Below, one piece after another: positions 16,569-26,797 of a stretch of DNA of 50,335 bases. This DNA comes from a virus (taxonomy: Duplodnaviria > Caudoviricetes): positions 1 through 50,335 of IMG/VR virus record IMGVR_UViG_3300042470_000725; one strand, 5' to 3'. Each line of letters begins with the position of its first letter. Within the stretch, counting starts at the first letter, position 1. Under the pieces are notes generated by a model that saw nothing but the letters and a program-made list of their open reading frames with translations, had not been told where the DNA came from and searched no databases. The translations under genes were made by a program, and so were the position numbers.

Positions 16569-17348
16569 GTGAAAAAAGATAAAACCATCCCGGCCGTGCA
16601 GCCAAATGAGGGGATCCGCGTCGCGTACAATCGCGCGCTGGACAAGCAAATCGACCGCATGGCTAAGGACGTGCAGCGGGTGGTCCTTCGGACCTATGCC
16701 GCCAACCCGCCAGAAATGGCGCAAGACGCCTCGCCGGCTGCAGAGCTACGCGCGGCCCTCCGGAAGCTTACAAGGCGTTGGCAGGCCGATTTTGACGCCC
16801 TAGCGCCGGAGCTGGCGAGGCACTTCTGCATGGACGCGGCGGACCGTAGCGACCGGGCCCTAAGCGCCATGCTGCGCAAGCGCGGGTTTACGGTCCGCTT
16901 CAAAGCGTCCCGGGTGCAGAACGACGTCGTGCAGGCGTCGATTGGTGAGAATGTCGCCCTGATACGCAGCATCCCGGCCCAATACATGACGGGCGTTGAC
17001 GGCGCGGTAATGCGGAGCGTCACGGCGGGGCGTGACCTTGGCGCACTGGCAAAAGAGCTTCGCCAGCAACACGGCGTTACGACCCGGCGCGCGGCCCTGA
17101 TATCTCGCGACCAAAACAACAAGGCGACGTCGACCCTTACCCGCGTGCGGCAAAAGGAGCTCGGGATAACCAAGGCGATTTGGGTCCATTCCGGCGGCGG
17201 CAAACACCCAAGGCCGGAGCACGTCGCCTTTAGCGGCAAAGAGTACGACGTTGAGAAGGGCGCGTATCTCGAGGGGAAGTGGACTTGGCCCGGCTTTGAG
17301 ATAAACTGTCGTTGCACGTCCCGGAGCGTTATCCCCGGGTTCACCTAA
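16569..17348 (+). CDS. Head morphogenesis / minor capsid protein (Mu gpF / SPP1 gp7 family)
   Basis: RAALISRDQNNK, WVHS...RPEH, PGFEINCRC motifs. Confidence 0.92.
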   Translation: MKKDKTIPAVQPNEGIRVAYNRALDKQIDRMAKDVQRVVLRTYAANPPEMAQDASPAAELRAALRKLTRRWQADFDALAPELARHFCMDAADRSDRALSAMLRKRGFTVRFKASRVQNDVVQASIGENVALIRSIPAQYMTGVDGAVMRSVTAGRDLGALAKELRQQHGVTTRRAALISRDQNNKATSTLTRVRQKELGITKAIWVHSGGGKHPRPEHVAFSGKEYDVEKGAYLEGKWTWPGFEINCRCTSRSVIPGFT

Positions 17349-17365
17349 ACAGGAGACTGCAGCGC

Positions 17366-17593
17366 ATGGCAAAGAAAGACGAAGAGGCGGCCCCGGCCGT
17401 TGAGCAAGAGGCGGCCCCGGCCGTTGAGCAAGAGGCGGCCCCGGCCGTTGAGCACGAGTCGACCGCCGTCACCGAAGCGCTCGTGCGCGAAGTGATCGCC
17501 GGCTGTCGCGATATCGCCAACGACCCGCGCACCCCCGAAGACACCCGGATTCAGCTCTGCGCTTGGGCGGACCGTTTCGAGTTGGCCCTGTAG
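17366..17593 (+). CDS. Small acidic hypothetical protein with (EAAPAVEQ)x3
   Basis: RBS aggagac; followed by a terminator. Confidence 0.75.
   Translation: MAKKDEEAAPAVEQEAAPAVEQEAAPAVEHESTAVTEALVREVIAGCRDIANDPRTPEDTRIQLCAWADRFELAL
17382..17453 (+). repeat. Perfect 24-bp tandem repeat x3
   Basis: aagaggcggccccggccgttgagc three times. Confidence 0.95.
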
Positions 17594-17617
17594 CGGCCAA
17601 AGTCGCGAAAGAATATC

Positions 17618-17647
17618 AGCCCCCGCAAGTGACTTGCGGGGGCTTTT
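17618..17647 (+). terminator. Rho-independent terminator
   Basis: agcccccgcaagt-g-acttgcgggggct followed by a T run. Confidence 0.85.
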
Positions 17648-17682
17648 CGTTGCCCGTAACCTAGCGCACCGGAGAATCGCCC

Positions 17683-18027
17683 GTGCCTTATGAAATGCCC
17701 GCCGTTATCAACGCCGTTGGCGGGATCGACCTTCATGGTCGCGAGGGCATCCAGCTTGTTTTTAAGTTTGGCGAGTCCGACTTGACCGGACAGGATCTCT
17801 GGTTTGAGGTCAACGGCCTGTTTCGAAACGAGCTCGCCATAGGCGAAACGGTTTACGAAAAGATCATTACGATCTCGCAAGACGACGTACGCGCGATTTG
17901 GGAGGCCGGTACGCCCCGGGGCTCGAGTCGCCTGTTCACCGTGCGCCGATATGACGTCACGCCCCCACAAGTGCTTTGGGAGGGGCGAATCACTATTCGC
18001 GGCTATATCGAGGAGCCCCCGGCGTGA
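17683..18027 (+). CDS. Putative fibre/spike adaptor protein
   Basis: RBS ggaga; beta-rich, ends VLWEGRITIRG; coupled to the giant fibre gene. Confidence 0.55.
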   Translation: MPYEMPAVINAVGGIDLHGREGIQLVFKFGESDLTGQDLWFEVNGLFRNELAIGETVYEKIITISQDDVRAIWEAGTPRGSSRLFTVRRYDVTPPQVLWEGRITIRGYIEEPPA

Positions 18028-21000
18028 CCGAAACCGTGATCATTTCGCCCCTTGGCGCTCCGGGCATCATTCAAGGCAACCTTCCGCCGTCGGCGATGCG
18101 GTCCCATGCCGCGTTTCAAGCCGCGATTGACGATCTGGCGGCGGCGGGCAAAGAAGCCAAGATTCCCCGGGGCACGTGGCCCCTCGGGTATCTTGCCGCG
18201 CCTGAAGAGATCGACATATCGGGCCTTGGCGCGCTGTCCTTCGCGCCCGGCGCGGAAATTCTCAGCGACAACCCGTCGCGGGGCGTCTTCCTCGCCAACG
18301 GAAACACCGGCTTGCGTATCGAAGGGCTCCGGGCCCGGTACGAATTCGACGACGGAAACATTTTCCGGCCGGACATTGCGTGGCAGCAGGGCCTTAACGC
18401 GGCCGGAACAGTCGTCACGACGCCAAACGAAGAAATGCTGGCGTGGCTTACGGCGTGGAATGACGCATTCGGTACGTCGCTCAACGTCGACCCCGCGTCC
18501 ATCCTCAACTTCAAACAGCGCTGGGATCTGGTCTATACGGGGACGCCCTTCGAATCCTTGGCGCAAATCAGCCCGGCGGGCCGTCCGTCTGGTTTGATCC
18601 TCAACAACTGTTCCGAGCTCAAGATTTACGACCCGTTCGTGCAGTCGTGCGTCGCGCAAATCAACGACCAAGGCGGCGCGGCGACCGGCGACGCCCTGTA
18701 CGACTTCGCGACCTATATCGACACGCTCAAAATGGGGACCGATGAACGGTTTGCCTTGCTGGGAAAGAAGGGCGTCGCGGTCCGGGTCGATCGGCTGGTT
18801 TGCGACGTCACCGGCACACGGGACACCGGCGGCGCGCCGCATGGCATCTATTTTTCCGGCAATCCAGACACGACCCCGACGCCGGAAGCAAATACCGTCG
18901 CAAGTATTGGCGTCGTGCAGGTCACGACCTACAATCTCGCCCCCGTGGTCAAGGCGCGCGAGGCGTCAATTGATATCGGCGCGATCCTCGGCAAGACGAC
19001 GCAGTCGCTTCTTGGTCTGGTTCACTGTACCGGATCCATCGGGCCGGTCACTTCGCTAGACCAAACGCTGTCCGACGTCGACAACACCGGGTCGAAGTTT
19101 GTCGCCAACTTCACGCGTTGCTACGATATGCGCGTCGCCCGGATGAACGTCCAGCAACGGCCAAGCACCGGCCCGGCTCCGCAAAACGCTCTCCGGGTCG
19201 CCGACGTCAACGGCTGCGAACGCATGACGTTCGAAGGTTTCGACGTCGTCACGACGCGGCTTGACGACGCGGGCGGAATGGTCCGTTTCTCCCTTAGCAC
19301 CGATTGCGACGTTGGACCCGGCTCGCTAACCAATCTCGGGAACACCCCGGCATACCTTTACGAGCTGTCCGTTGGCGGCGAGATCGGCGGGAGCAACGGC
19401 GGGAGCAACGGCGGAAACAGCTTCGACGTCGTGCGCTGCTCCGCTAACGCCCGGATCGCGGACATTGGCGGCGCGAGCCGTAACACCCGCTTCAACGTCG
19501 ACGTCCGGCTTCTGGCGGACGGCTTTGAAGAGGGCGTAACCATCCGTGACGACTCGTTCGGGGCGTCCAATACCGTAAACATGGTTTTTGGCGAGCGTAT
19601 CGTCCCCTTCGGCGCAACGCCCCCGTCCTTCGAAACCCGGGCGTACGATAGCCTCCTGCTACGGTACACTCAGGACGAAGACAAAGACGACGATATCGTT
19701 CTCAACTATTCGAACGGGGACACGGTAACCCTTGTCGGACCGTCTGGCACCGTGACCGTTACGGCGGTCACGGCCCTGTCCGCCAACGGGCAGTTTTTGA
19801 TTGGCGCGGAACCGTCGGATAGCCAGAAGAACCTAGCCGCTCTGGTCAATCTGGATACGCCAGCGGCGGGCCGGTATCAGGCTGTCGCGGCTAACCCGGA
19901 CTATTCCGGCGTCGCATCCGGCCGCGAGTTTGTCGCGGTTAACCGCGTAACCGGAGCGGCGGGCAATGGTTACGCCATGTCGACGACGTCGCTCCGGGCC
20001 TTCTGGACAAGCGGCTTTACGGTAAACGGCGGCCTTGTCGACGGAAGCCTGTTCAACAGCGTCTTGGCGTTTGAGCCGGGGGCAACAGACGTAACTCTCG
20101 ACCTTCCGGATCCGTCCATCTTGCCAATAGGTTCCCGACTGGCGGTGAGCAAGTCGGACGACGCGGCGGGCTTTGTCACGACGGACACGCATCTAGGCGC
20201 AACCGTGTCGGTCCTCCGTAAAGAAGACGATCGAATCGACCTGTACAGCGACGGGACGGGCTGGCAGACCTTTACGGCTTCAACGCCTCACGTCGCCATG
20301 CGCGGCGACACGAGCGAGCGGCTGTCCATTACCGACTACGCGGACGACCCGACAAGCGGCGATTGGACGGACATTTTTGAAAGTGCGATGGCGGCGGGAT
20401 ACCGCAATATTTACGCCGACGATCGCGCCTTCCAATTCACAAACCTGATTCCCGCCGACGGAACGCGCCTTGAGTTTGGGCCTAACCACACTATCGGCAA
20501 CGCCGCGCCCCGCACCACGAGCAACATAATCGTAATAGACGGCGCGCAAAACGTGTCGATCGTTCGCCCGTTCTTTGACCTTCCGCCCATGCTCGAGGCC
20601 AACACGGGCAAAATGGCGAACGTCTATTGCAACGTATCCGCTGGGGGAATTGCCAACCCGGTAGTAATTAGCGAAGGCGGTTCCGGCTATACGCCGTCCA
20701 GCGGCACGTTCGACTACAGCCTTGGCGCTGGCGACTTGGGGACGGGCGGCGTCATCCGCTTTACGACCGTCGGGGGCGTGATCACGGCGGGGGAGGTCAT
20801 CACGGCGGGCACCGGATATGTGGCGTCATCGTCCAGCAGAATGCTTGTCGGCCGCTCTCAATACGCCAGCTATTCCATCTATGTCGGCGGCGATGACGGC
20901 GATTACAGCCAAAACATCTTGATCGAAGGCGCTCGTCAGCAGTACGGGCGGGGCTTCCTACGCGTTAACGGCGCGAACAACGTCACGGCGCGCGATTGCC

Positions 21001-23444
21001 TGCTAGAGGACGGCGGCTCTAGCTACGTCGGGATGACCTTTGAGAAGGTCACGAATTTCAAAGCGTTACAGAACCGCATTTATCGCGGTCACGGCTCCGG
21101 ACTAATTAACGGCTGCGCTATTCGGGTTTCGGGGGACGAGCCGTCAATTATTCAAACTGGTTTGATCGCCCATAACATTGTCGAAGATATTTTGATTGGG
21201 AACGGAATAGACAGCAATCTTTGTAACGTCCGCGACGTGTCTATCCTCGGTAATATCGTGACTATGCGCGACCCTTTGACCGTTTACGCGTACCAACTTA
21301 AGCAGGGCCTGACCTCGACTCTCACCGACCTTAACGAGCGGGGGGCTAAAAACTACATTTGGCGGGACAATCAAGCGATCCTGTATCACCCCGCCGCCGG
21401 CGGATGGGATCTGCAAAACAATATCGACGGCGAAGCTTTCGAGCCGTGGCTAGACCGAACCAACATTATTGACTTCCGGGGCTGTTCCGACACGACGTCT
21501 TCTTACGCCGTGCGCGGAACGGGCGTCACGGGTGGGTTTATTGGCCCGACGATTGTCGAGTGCCAGACCGGGATTCGTTTGACGGGCGGTACCCCCGGGT
21601 ACAACAGAAACGTAATCGTTGCGCCCCTTATCCGGCGTTGCCGTTACGGCGTTTGGATAGACGACGTCGGCCGCACGGTCGGGGTCCGCGACGCGGACAT
21701 TGTCGCCTCGGATATCGGCGTTTATGTCTCGGAAACCGGAACGTCGGACTTCCGCATTGAAGATACAAAAGTCCGCATCCGGGGGCGTCGCCTCAACAGC
21801 CTTACGATCAACACGGCGGGAACGGGCTACACTGACGGGACCTACGCGGTCTATGCCAACGGCGGCGGCGGGGGATTGATTTTCGAAGTTACCGCGACGG
21901 CGGGGGCGTTGACGTCTGCGCAGCTCACGGGTGGCGGCTTTGGGTACCTTGGCGGCGCGTCCGGGGCGTTCAAGCTCACGATTGACCCGCCGAACAACTG
22001 GACGGGCGGCACGGGCGGGATCGTCGAATGCACGGTTACGTCCGGCATCGTCACGGCCGTGGCGGTTAGCACGGCGGGCAGCGGGTACCTCGCGAGCGGG
22101 AACGGCGTATGGGCCCCGGAATTCGGGTACGGGTTTGAGGGGACGATTACCGTTTCCGGCGGCGTTTGCACGGCCTCCAGCGTGACCAATGGCGGTATCG
22201 GCTTCACGTCTAACCCGACGCTGGCGATTGGCAACCTGACGCTTCCGTCTGGCATCGGGGCCGGGTCCGGTACCATCGCGCTAACCGGCGCGGTTTCTTC
22301 GTCAACGGGCTATGCAACCCGTTTGATTGACGTTCAGTCGGCCAAGATTAGCGGAAACTGGTTCGAGAGCATAAACAGCAACGTCCGGCTAGAAAACGGA
22401 ACGGGCGCGCTGTCCTGCAAAAATGTGCAGGTTACGAACAATACGCTGGTTTCTTCTGCGGAACATATCAGCCTAGAAACCACAAATAACCAATACACCG
22501 CGCTTCACAATACGCGCATTGGCCCGGCGTCGTCAGATAGCACGACCACCGTTGCTTCCGGGGCGATCCGGGCAACGGGTAACGTAATCAAGCTTGCCCC
22601 GGAAGGGGGCGTTGCGGACAGCCTCGATACCATAAACGGCGCGCTAGGCTTCGGGCATACGGTTCTACTGGTGGGTTCCGCTACCGCGCCTATCACCGTG
22701 ACGGCGGCGGGCAACATTCGCCCCTTGGCGGGCGGCACGCGAACGCTTGCGGACCAATACGCCTCCCTTGAGCTGCGTTGGAACGGCTCGCTATGGTGCG
22801 AATATGGGTTTACCGACGTCGTCGCACCGGACGTGGGTTTGCTCACAGCGACTTGGGCGACCTTGCCTAGTGCGGCGACGTACCCCGGCCGCTGCGTCCT
22901 GATCACTGACGTCGGCGTTGACGGCGGGTCCGTGTGGGTAAGCAACGGGTCGATTTGGGCCCCGACCGGGCCCGTCGTTCTCGCGCGGTCTGCGGTCCAA
23001 TCGGCGGCCCATACCGGGACAGTCACGGAAACAACCGTCCAAAGCGTGACCATCCCGGCGGGTCTCATGGGGACCAACCGCTCGATTCGCGTTAGCCATA
23101 CGTGGAGCGTCGCGGCGCTGTCAGTCAACGCGAACGCCAAGACCTTCCGGGCGCGCCTGTCTACGGCGTCAAGCCCGCCCAACGGCACGGCGTTCAATTC
23201 GACGGCCGCCGCCAGCACCACCGCAACAACGGCACTTACGGGGCGGATTTCAAACCGCGACAGTGCGTCTGCGCAAGTGGTGGACCCGGGCGCTCTATCG
23301 GGTAACGGCGGCAACTCCACGTCAACCGTAGCCACCGGGACGCTCAACAGCGCCAACGTCTCATATGTTGTGTTTAGCGCCGAATTGGGGAACACGGGGG
23401 ATACGGTCTATCTCGAGCGTTACCTAGTGGAGCTTGTGCCGTGA
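18024..23444 (+). CDS. Large beta-helix (pectin-lyase-like) spike/fibre protein, about 1806 aa
   Basis: AAFQAAIDDL...IPRGTW and DWTDIFESAM domain starts; right-handed beta-helix repeats; GSGY/GTGY inserts. GTG 18024 after gaggag. Confidence 0.75.
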   Translation: MTETVIISPLGAPGIIQGNLPPSAMRSHAAFQAAIDDLAAAGKEAKIPRGTWPLGYLAAPEEIDISGLGALSFAPGAEILSDNPSRGVFLANGNTGLRIEGLRARYEFDDGNIFRPDIAWQQGLNAAGTVVTTPNEEMLAWLTAWNDAFGTSLNVDPASILNFKQRWDLVYTGTPFESLAQISPAGRPSGLILNNCSELKIYDPFVQSCVAQINDQGGAATGDALYDFATYIDTLKMGTDERFALLGKKGVAVRVDRLVCDVTGTRDTGGAPHGIYFSGNPDTTPTPEANTVASIGVVQVTTYNLAPVVKAREASIDIGAILGKTTQSLLGLVHCTGSIGPVTSLDQTLSDVDNTGSKFVANFTRCYDMRVARMNVQQRPSTGPAPQNALRVADVNGCERMTFEGFDVVTTRLDDAGGMVRFSLSTDCDVGPGSLTNLGNTPAYLYELSVGGEIGGSNGGSNGGNSFDVVRCSANARIADIGGASRNTRFNVDVRLLADGFEEGVTIRDDSFGASNTVNMVFGERIVPFGATPPSFETRAYDSLLLRYTQDEDKDDDIVLNYSNGDTVTLVGPSGTVTVTAVTALSANGQFLIGAEPSDSQKNLAALVNLDTPAAGRYQAVAANPDYSGVASGREFVAVNRVTGAAGNGYAMSTTSLRAFWTSGFTVNGGLVDGSLFNSVLAFEPGATDVTLDLPDPSILPIGSRLAVSKSDDAAGFVTTDTHLGATVSVLRKEDDRIDLYSDGTGWQTFTASTPHVAMRGDTSERLSITDYADDPTSGDWTDIFESAMAAGYRNIYADDRAFQFTNLIPADGTRLEFGPNHTIGNAAPRTTSNIIVIDGAQNVSIVRPFFDLPPMLEANTGKMANVYCNVSAGGIANPVVISEGGSGYTPSSGTFDYSLGAGDLGTGGVIRFTTVGGVITAGEVITAGTGYVASSSSRMLVGRSQYASYSIYVGGDDGDYSQNILIEGARQQYGRGFLRVNGANNVTARDCLLEDGGSSYVGMTFEKVTNFKALQNRIYRGHGSGLINGCAIRVSGDEPSIIQTGLIAHNIVEDILIGNGIDSNLCNVRDVSILGNIVTMRDPLTVYAYQLKQGLTSTLTDLNERGAKNYIWRDNQAILYHPAAGGWDLQNNIDGEAFEPWLDRTNIIDFRGCSDTTSSYAVRGTGVTGGFIGPTIVECQTGIRLTGGTPGYNRNVIVAPLIRRCRYGVWIDDVGRTVGVRDADIVASDIGVYVSETGTSDFRIEDTKVRIRGRRLNSLTINTAGTGYTDGTYAVYANGGGGGLIFEVTATAGALTSAQLTGGGFGYLGGASGAFKLTIDPPNNWTGGTGGIVECTVTSGIVTAVAVSTAGSGYLASGNGVWAPEFGYGFEGTITVSGGVCTASSVTNGGIGFTSNPTLAIGNLTLPSGIGAGSGTIALTGAVSSSTGYATRLIDVQSAKISGNWFESINSNVRLENGTGALSCKNVQVTNNTLVSSAEHISLETTNNQYTALHNTRIGPASSDSTTTVASGAIRATGNVIKLAPEGGVADSLDTINGALGFGHTVLLVGSATAPITVTAAGNIRPLAGGTRTLADQYASLELRWNGSLWCEYGFTDVVAPDVGLLTATWATLPSAATYPGRCVLITDVGVDGGSVWVSNGSIWAPTGPVVLARSAVQSAAHTGTVTETTVQSVTIPAGLMGTNRSIRVSHTWSVAALSVNANAKTFRARLSTASSPPNGTAFNSTAAASTTATTALTGRISNRDSASAQVVDPGALSGNGGNSTSTVATGTLNSANVSYVVFSAELGNTGDTVYLERYLVELVP

Positions 23445-24799
23445 CGGACAAATCTTCGCGGATCCAATTCGCTTTTGATCGCTCGGCCCGCCGCTATGAC
23501 GTCGACGGTCGGCTGCACGTCGTCATGTCCAACATCAGCAAGGCGGCGGTTAACCCGTACTATGGCCGGGAGATTCCGAAGTGCGAGGAGCTGCGGCTAG
23601 ACCCGAACAAGGTCTATTACCTGCTTCGGGATCCGGAAGAGCTCGAGCGCGCCGCGCCGACGTTTAACAATCTCCCGCTGCTATCCAAGCACGTCCCCGT
23701 GTCGGCGCTAGACGATGAATCGCATCAACCCGACTTTGTCGTCGGGTCGCTCGGGACGGACGCAGAATGGCGTGACCCCTATCTACGCAATTCGCTCGTG
23801 GTTTGGGCGGCCGGCGCGATCGCCGGAATCGAGAGCCGGGATCAACAGGAATTGTCCGCCGCGTACCGTTATGACGCCGATATGACCCCGGGGACTCACG
23901 AGGGCTTGCATTTTGACGGCGTCATGCGAAACATACGCGGAAACCACGTGGCCCTTGTCGAATCAGGCCGGGCCGGGTCGGACGTAGTCGTTGGCGATAG
24001 CCAAATCGAAGGACTTGCAATGCTCACGTCGCGAACCGCTCTAATGCTCTCCGGCGCTCTGGCGGCGGCAATCACGCCCCGGCTTGCGCAAGACGCGCAA
24101 ATCGACTTCGGCCGGCTCGTGCAGGGCGTCAACCGCAAGAATTACGCCAAGACGACCAAGGATCTCCCGGCCCGCGTGCTTCGTGCCGTGACCCCCAAGC
24201 TGGCGGCCGACGGCTCCCTTGACGTCGACGACGTCGTTGGGATCATCGGGGCGCTCTCCGGGGCCGTCCCCGCCGCCGAACCGGACGCCATGCCCGCGAT
24301 CGACGATGACGGCGGCGACGTGGTCGGGCGTATCTGCTCCATGCTGGAAGGTAAGGTCGACGACGAGACCATGGCCGCCATTCGCGCCATGGGCGGGACC
24401 GCCGCCGACGGATACGACGCCGAAGGCGAGCACCCGGAGCCCGACGGCGACGAACCGTTGCCGCCCAAGAAGGAAGACAAGCCCGCCATGGACGCCGCTC
24501 TCCGCAAGGTGCGCGCCGACGCCGCCGCCGATTTCCGCGCCGTGCGTGACGCAGAGCGCGAAGTGTTCCCCTACGTCGGCGAAGTGGTCGCCATGGACAG
24601 CGCCGCCGACGTGTACGGCTTCGCTCTCGAGACCATGAACGTCGATCTGGCGGGCGTCCCGAAGAGCGCGTATCGCGCCGTGCTGAAAGCCCTGCCCGTC
24701 CCCGGGTCGGACCGTCCGCGCATCGCCCAAGACGCCGCCCCGGCCGCCGACTTCGGCGCTCGCTTCCCGACCGCGCACGCCCTGAAGCGCGCAATCTAA
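23441..24799 (+). CDS. Prohead protease / scaffold (DUF2213-type)
   Basis: PYYGREIP, LLSKH, ELSAAYRYDADMTPG, NHVALVESGRAG; acidic C-terminal scaffold part. Confidence 0.9.
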   Translation: MTDKSSRIQFAFDRSARRYDVDGRLHVVMSNISKAAVNPYYGREIPKCEELRLDPNKVYYLLRDPEELERAAPTFNNLPLLSKHVPVSALDDESHQPDFVVGSLGTDAEWRDPYLRNSLVVWAAGAIAGIESRDQQELSAAYRYDADMTPGTHEGLHFDGVMRNIRGNHVALVESGRAGSDVVVGDSQIEGLAMLTSRTALMLSGALAAAITPRLAQDAQIDFGRLVQGVNRKNYAKTTKDLPARVLRAVTPKLAADGSLDVDDVVGIIGALSGAVPAAEPDAMPAIDDDGGDVVGRICSMLEGKVDDETMAAIRAMGGTAADGYDAEGEHPEPDGDEPLPPKKEDKPAMDAALRKVRADAAADFRAVRDAEREVFPYVGEVVAMDSAADVYGFALETMNVDLAGVPKSAYRAVLKALPVPGSDRPRIAQDAAPAADFGARFPTAHALKRAI

Positions 24800-24811
24800 G
24801 GACCGGCCCCA

Positions 24812-25732
24812 ATGCCCTTTCAAACCGTTGTTCGCAGCCAACCGGCCCCCGCCGTAGCGGGCGACTTCGCCAGCGGCAACCCGCGTTCGGCCGTCCTCAC
24901 CCAAGATGGGGAAGGCTTCGTTGCGGGCGCTGGCGGCGTGACCGTCGGTCGCTTCGCGTGGCTGTCTTCCGGCCTGCGTCGCAAACTGTTCTCCTATGGA
25001 ATCGGCATTCCGGCCGGCTTCATTCACCGCGAACAGCAAGCCCTGATCACCGGCTTCTACGACCTGTACGGGTCGAACGTCCCCGAAGGCTTCCCCGTCA
25101 CCGTCATGAACGGCGGCGACTTCTGGGCCAAGAATGACGGATCCGGCGCGGCCGTCCCCGGGCAAAAAGTGTTCGCCCAATACGCCGACGGCAAGGCTGT
25201 AACCGCCGCCGCCGGGGCGACCATCGCCAACGCGAGCGTCACGGCGTCCGTCGCCGCTTCGACCTTCTCCGTTACCGCGTCGATCGCCGACAACACCATG
25301 ACCGTGACGGCGGTCGGCTCCGGGACTGTCGTCCCCGGCGCGACGATCTCCGGAACCAACGTCGTTTCCGGAACGACCGTCACCCGGCAAATCTCCGGGA
25401 CCACGGGCGGCATTGGCGTCTACAGCGTCAGCACCGCACAGACCGTCGCCAGCACCACCGTTTCCGGCACTTACGGCACGATGACCGTAACCGCCGTCGC
25501 CTCCGGCACTCTGGCAATCGGCCAAGTGCTCGCCGGGGCCAACGTGACCGCCGCCAGCTTCATCACCGCCTATGGCACCGGCACGGGCGGAACGGGGACC
25601 TACATCGTCAGCCCGACGCAGACCGCCGCCAGCGCCACCGTTACCGCGACCGGAGCCGTGGAAACCAAGTGGTATGTCGCCAGCAACGCCCTTGCGGGCG
25701 AGCTGTTCAAAATGACTTCTACCGCCCCGTAA
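24812..25732 (+). CDS. Head decoration / cement protein with inserted beta modules
   Basis: Lies between protease and capsid; [21 protein letters not shown]; two T/S/G-rich modules. Confidence 0.8.
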   Translation: MPFQTVVRSQPAPAVAGDFASGNPRSAVLTQDGEGFVAGAGGVTVGRFAWLSSGLRRKLFSYGIGIPAGFIHREQQALITGFYDLYGSNVPEGFPVTVMNGGDFWAKNDGSGAAVPGQKVFAQYADGKAVTAAAGATIANASVTASVAASTFSVTASIADNTMTVTAVGSGTVVPGATISGTNVVSGTTVTRQISGTTGGIGVYSVSTAQTVASTTVSGTYGTMTVTAVASGTLAIGQVLAGANVTAASFITAYGTGTGGTGTYIVSPTQTAASATVTATGAVETKWYVASNALAGELFKMTSTAP

Positions 25733-25744
25733 GGAACGCCAGAT

Positions 25745-26797
25745 ATGCGCCGTCACGCCGACTTTGCCGCTCTCGAGCGCTCCCATGGGATCGTGCTCCC
25801 GGGGGCGGCCGACTACATCACCCCGGAAGTCGCGATGGATTGCAACATCGCCTTCGATGCGCAGCCCGCCCTCGTGACCACTGGCAACAGCGGTATCCCG
25901 GCGTATCTGACAAACTACGTCGATCCGGGCCTTATCCGCGTGCTCGTCACGCCCATGAAGGCCGCCGAAATGATCGGCGAAGCTCAGAAGGGCGACTGGA
26001 TCACCGATACCGCGACCTTCCAAGTGCTCGAGTCGACCGGCGAAACGTCGGCCTACGGGGACTACAGCGAAAACGGATCCGCCGGCGTCAACTTCAACTT
26101 CGTGCAACGCCAGTCGTTCCATTACCAAACCATGACCCAATGGGGCGAGCGCGAGCTTGAACGCGCCGGCCTCGCGCGTATCGGTTACGCTGCGGAGCTC
26201 AACGTGTCGGCCGCTCTGGTTCTCAACAAATTCCAGAACAAGACGTACTTCTACGGCGTCGACGGCCTGCTCAACTACGGCCTGCTCAACGACCCGTCGC
26301 TGTCCGCCGCCCTGCAGCCCGGCCCCAAGGCGTACGGATCCGCCGCGCACGGCCCATGGGTTACGGCTGGCGTCGTTACCGCCACGCCCAACGAGATCGT
26401 CACCGACGTTACGTCCATGTTCTACGCGCTGGTTTCGCAAAGCGGCCAAAACGTCGAAATGGGCACGCCGTTCACTCTCGCCATGTCCGGTCTGTCAGAA
26501 GTCGCCATGACCGCGACCAACAGCTTCAACGTCAACGTCGCCGATATTCTGCGAAAGATTTTCCCGAATATCACGATCAAGACCGCTCCCGAATACAGCA
26601 CGTCGGCCGGCGAGCTCGTGCAGCTCTTCGTGAATTCGATCGACGGGCAGGATTTCGGAACGTGCGCCTTTACCGAAAAGATGCGCGCGCACACCGTCGT
26701 TCCGGCCGTCTCGAGCTGGAAGCAAAAGAAGAGTCAAGGCACTTGGGGGGCGATCATCAAAATGCCCCTCGCCATGACGCAAATGCTGGGGGTCTAA
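25745..26797 (+). CDS. Major capsid protein (DUF2184-type)
   Basis: AFDAQPALVT, KGDW, YGDYS, WGERELE, YGLLNDP, GTWGAII. Confidence 0.92.
   Translation: MRRHADFAALERSHGIVLPGAADYITPEVAMDCNIAFDAQPALVTTGNSGIPAYLTNYVDPGLIRVLVTPMKAAEMIGEAQKGDWITDTATFQVLESTGETSAYGDYSENGSAGVNFNFVQRQSFHYQTMTQWGERELERAGLARIGYAAELNVSAALVLNKFQNKTYFYGVDGLLNYGLLNDPSLSAALQPGPKAYGSAAHGPWVTAGVVTATPNEIVTDVTSMFYALVSQSGQNVEMGTPFTLAMSGLSEVAMTATNSFNVNVADILRKIFPNITIKTAPEYSTSAGELVQLFVNSIDGQDFGTCAFTEKMRAHTVVPAVSSWKQKKSQGTWGAIIKMPLAMTQMLGV

Noticed and set aside
24041-26449. 802-aa minus-strand ORF and other long shadow ORFs (e.g. 43968-45692 +, 38317-39564 -)
   Set aside because: They lie antisense to well-supported genes, as expected from high-GC codon bias, and show no motifs.
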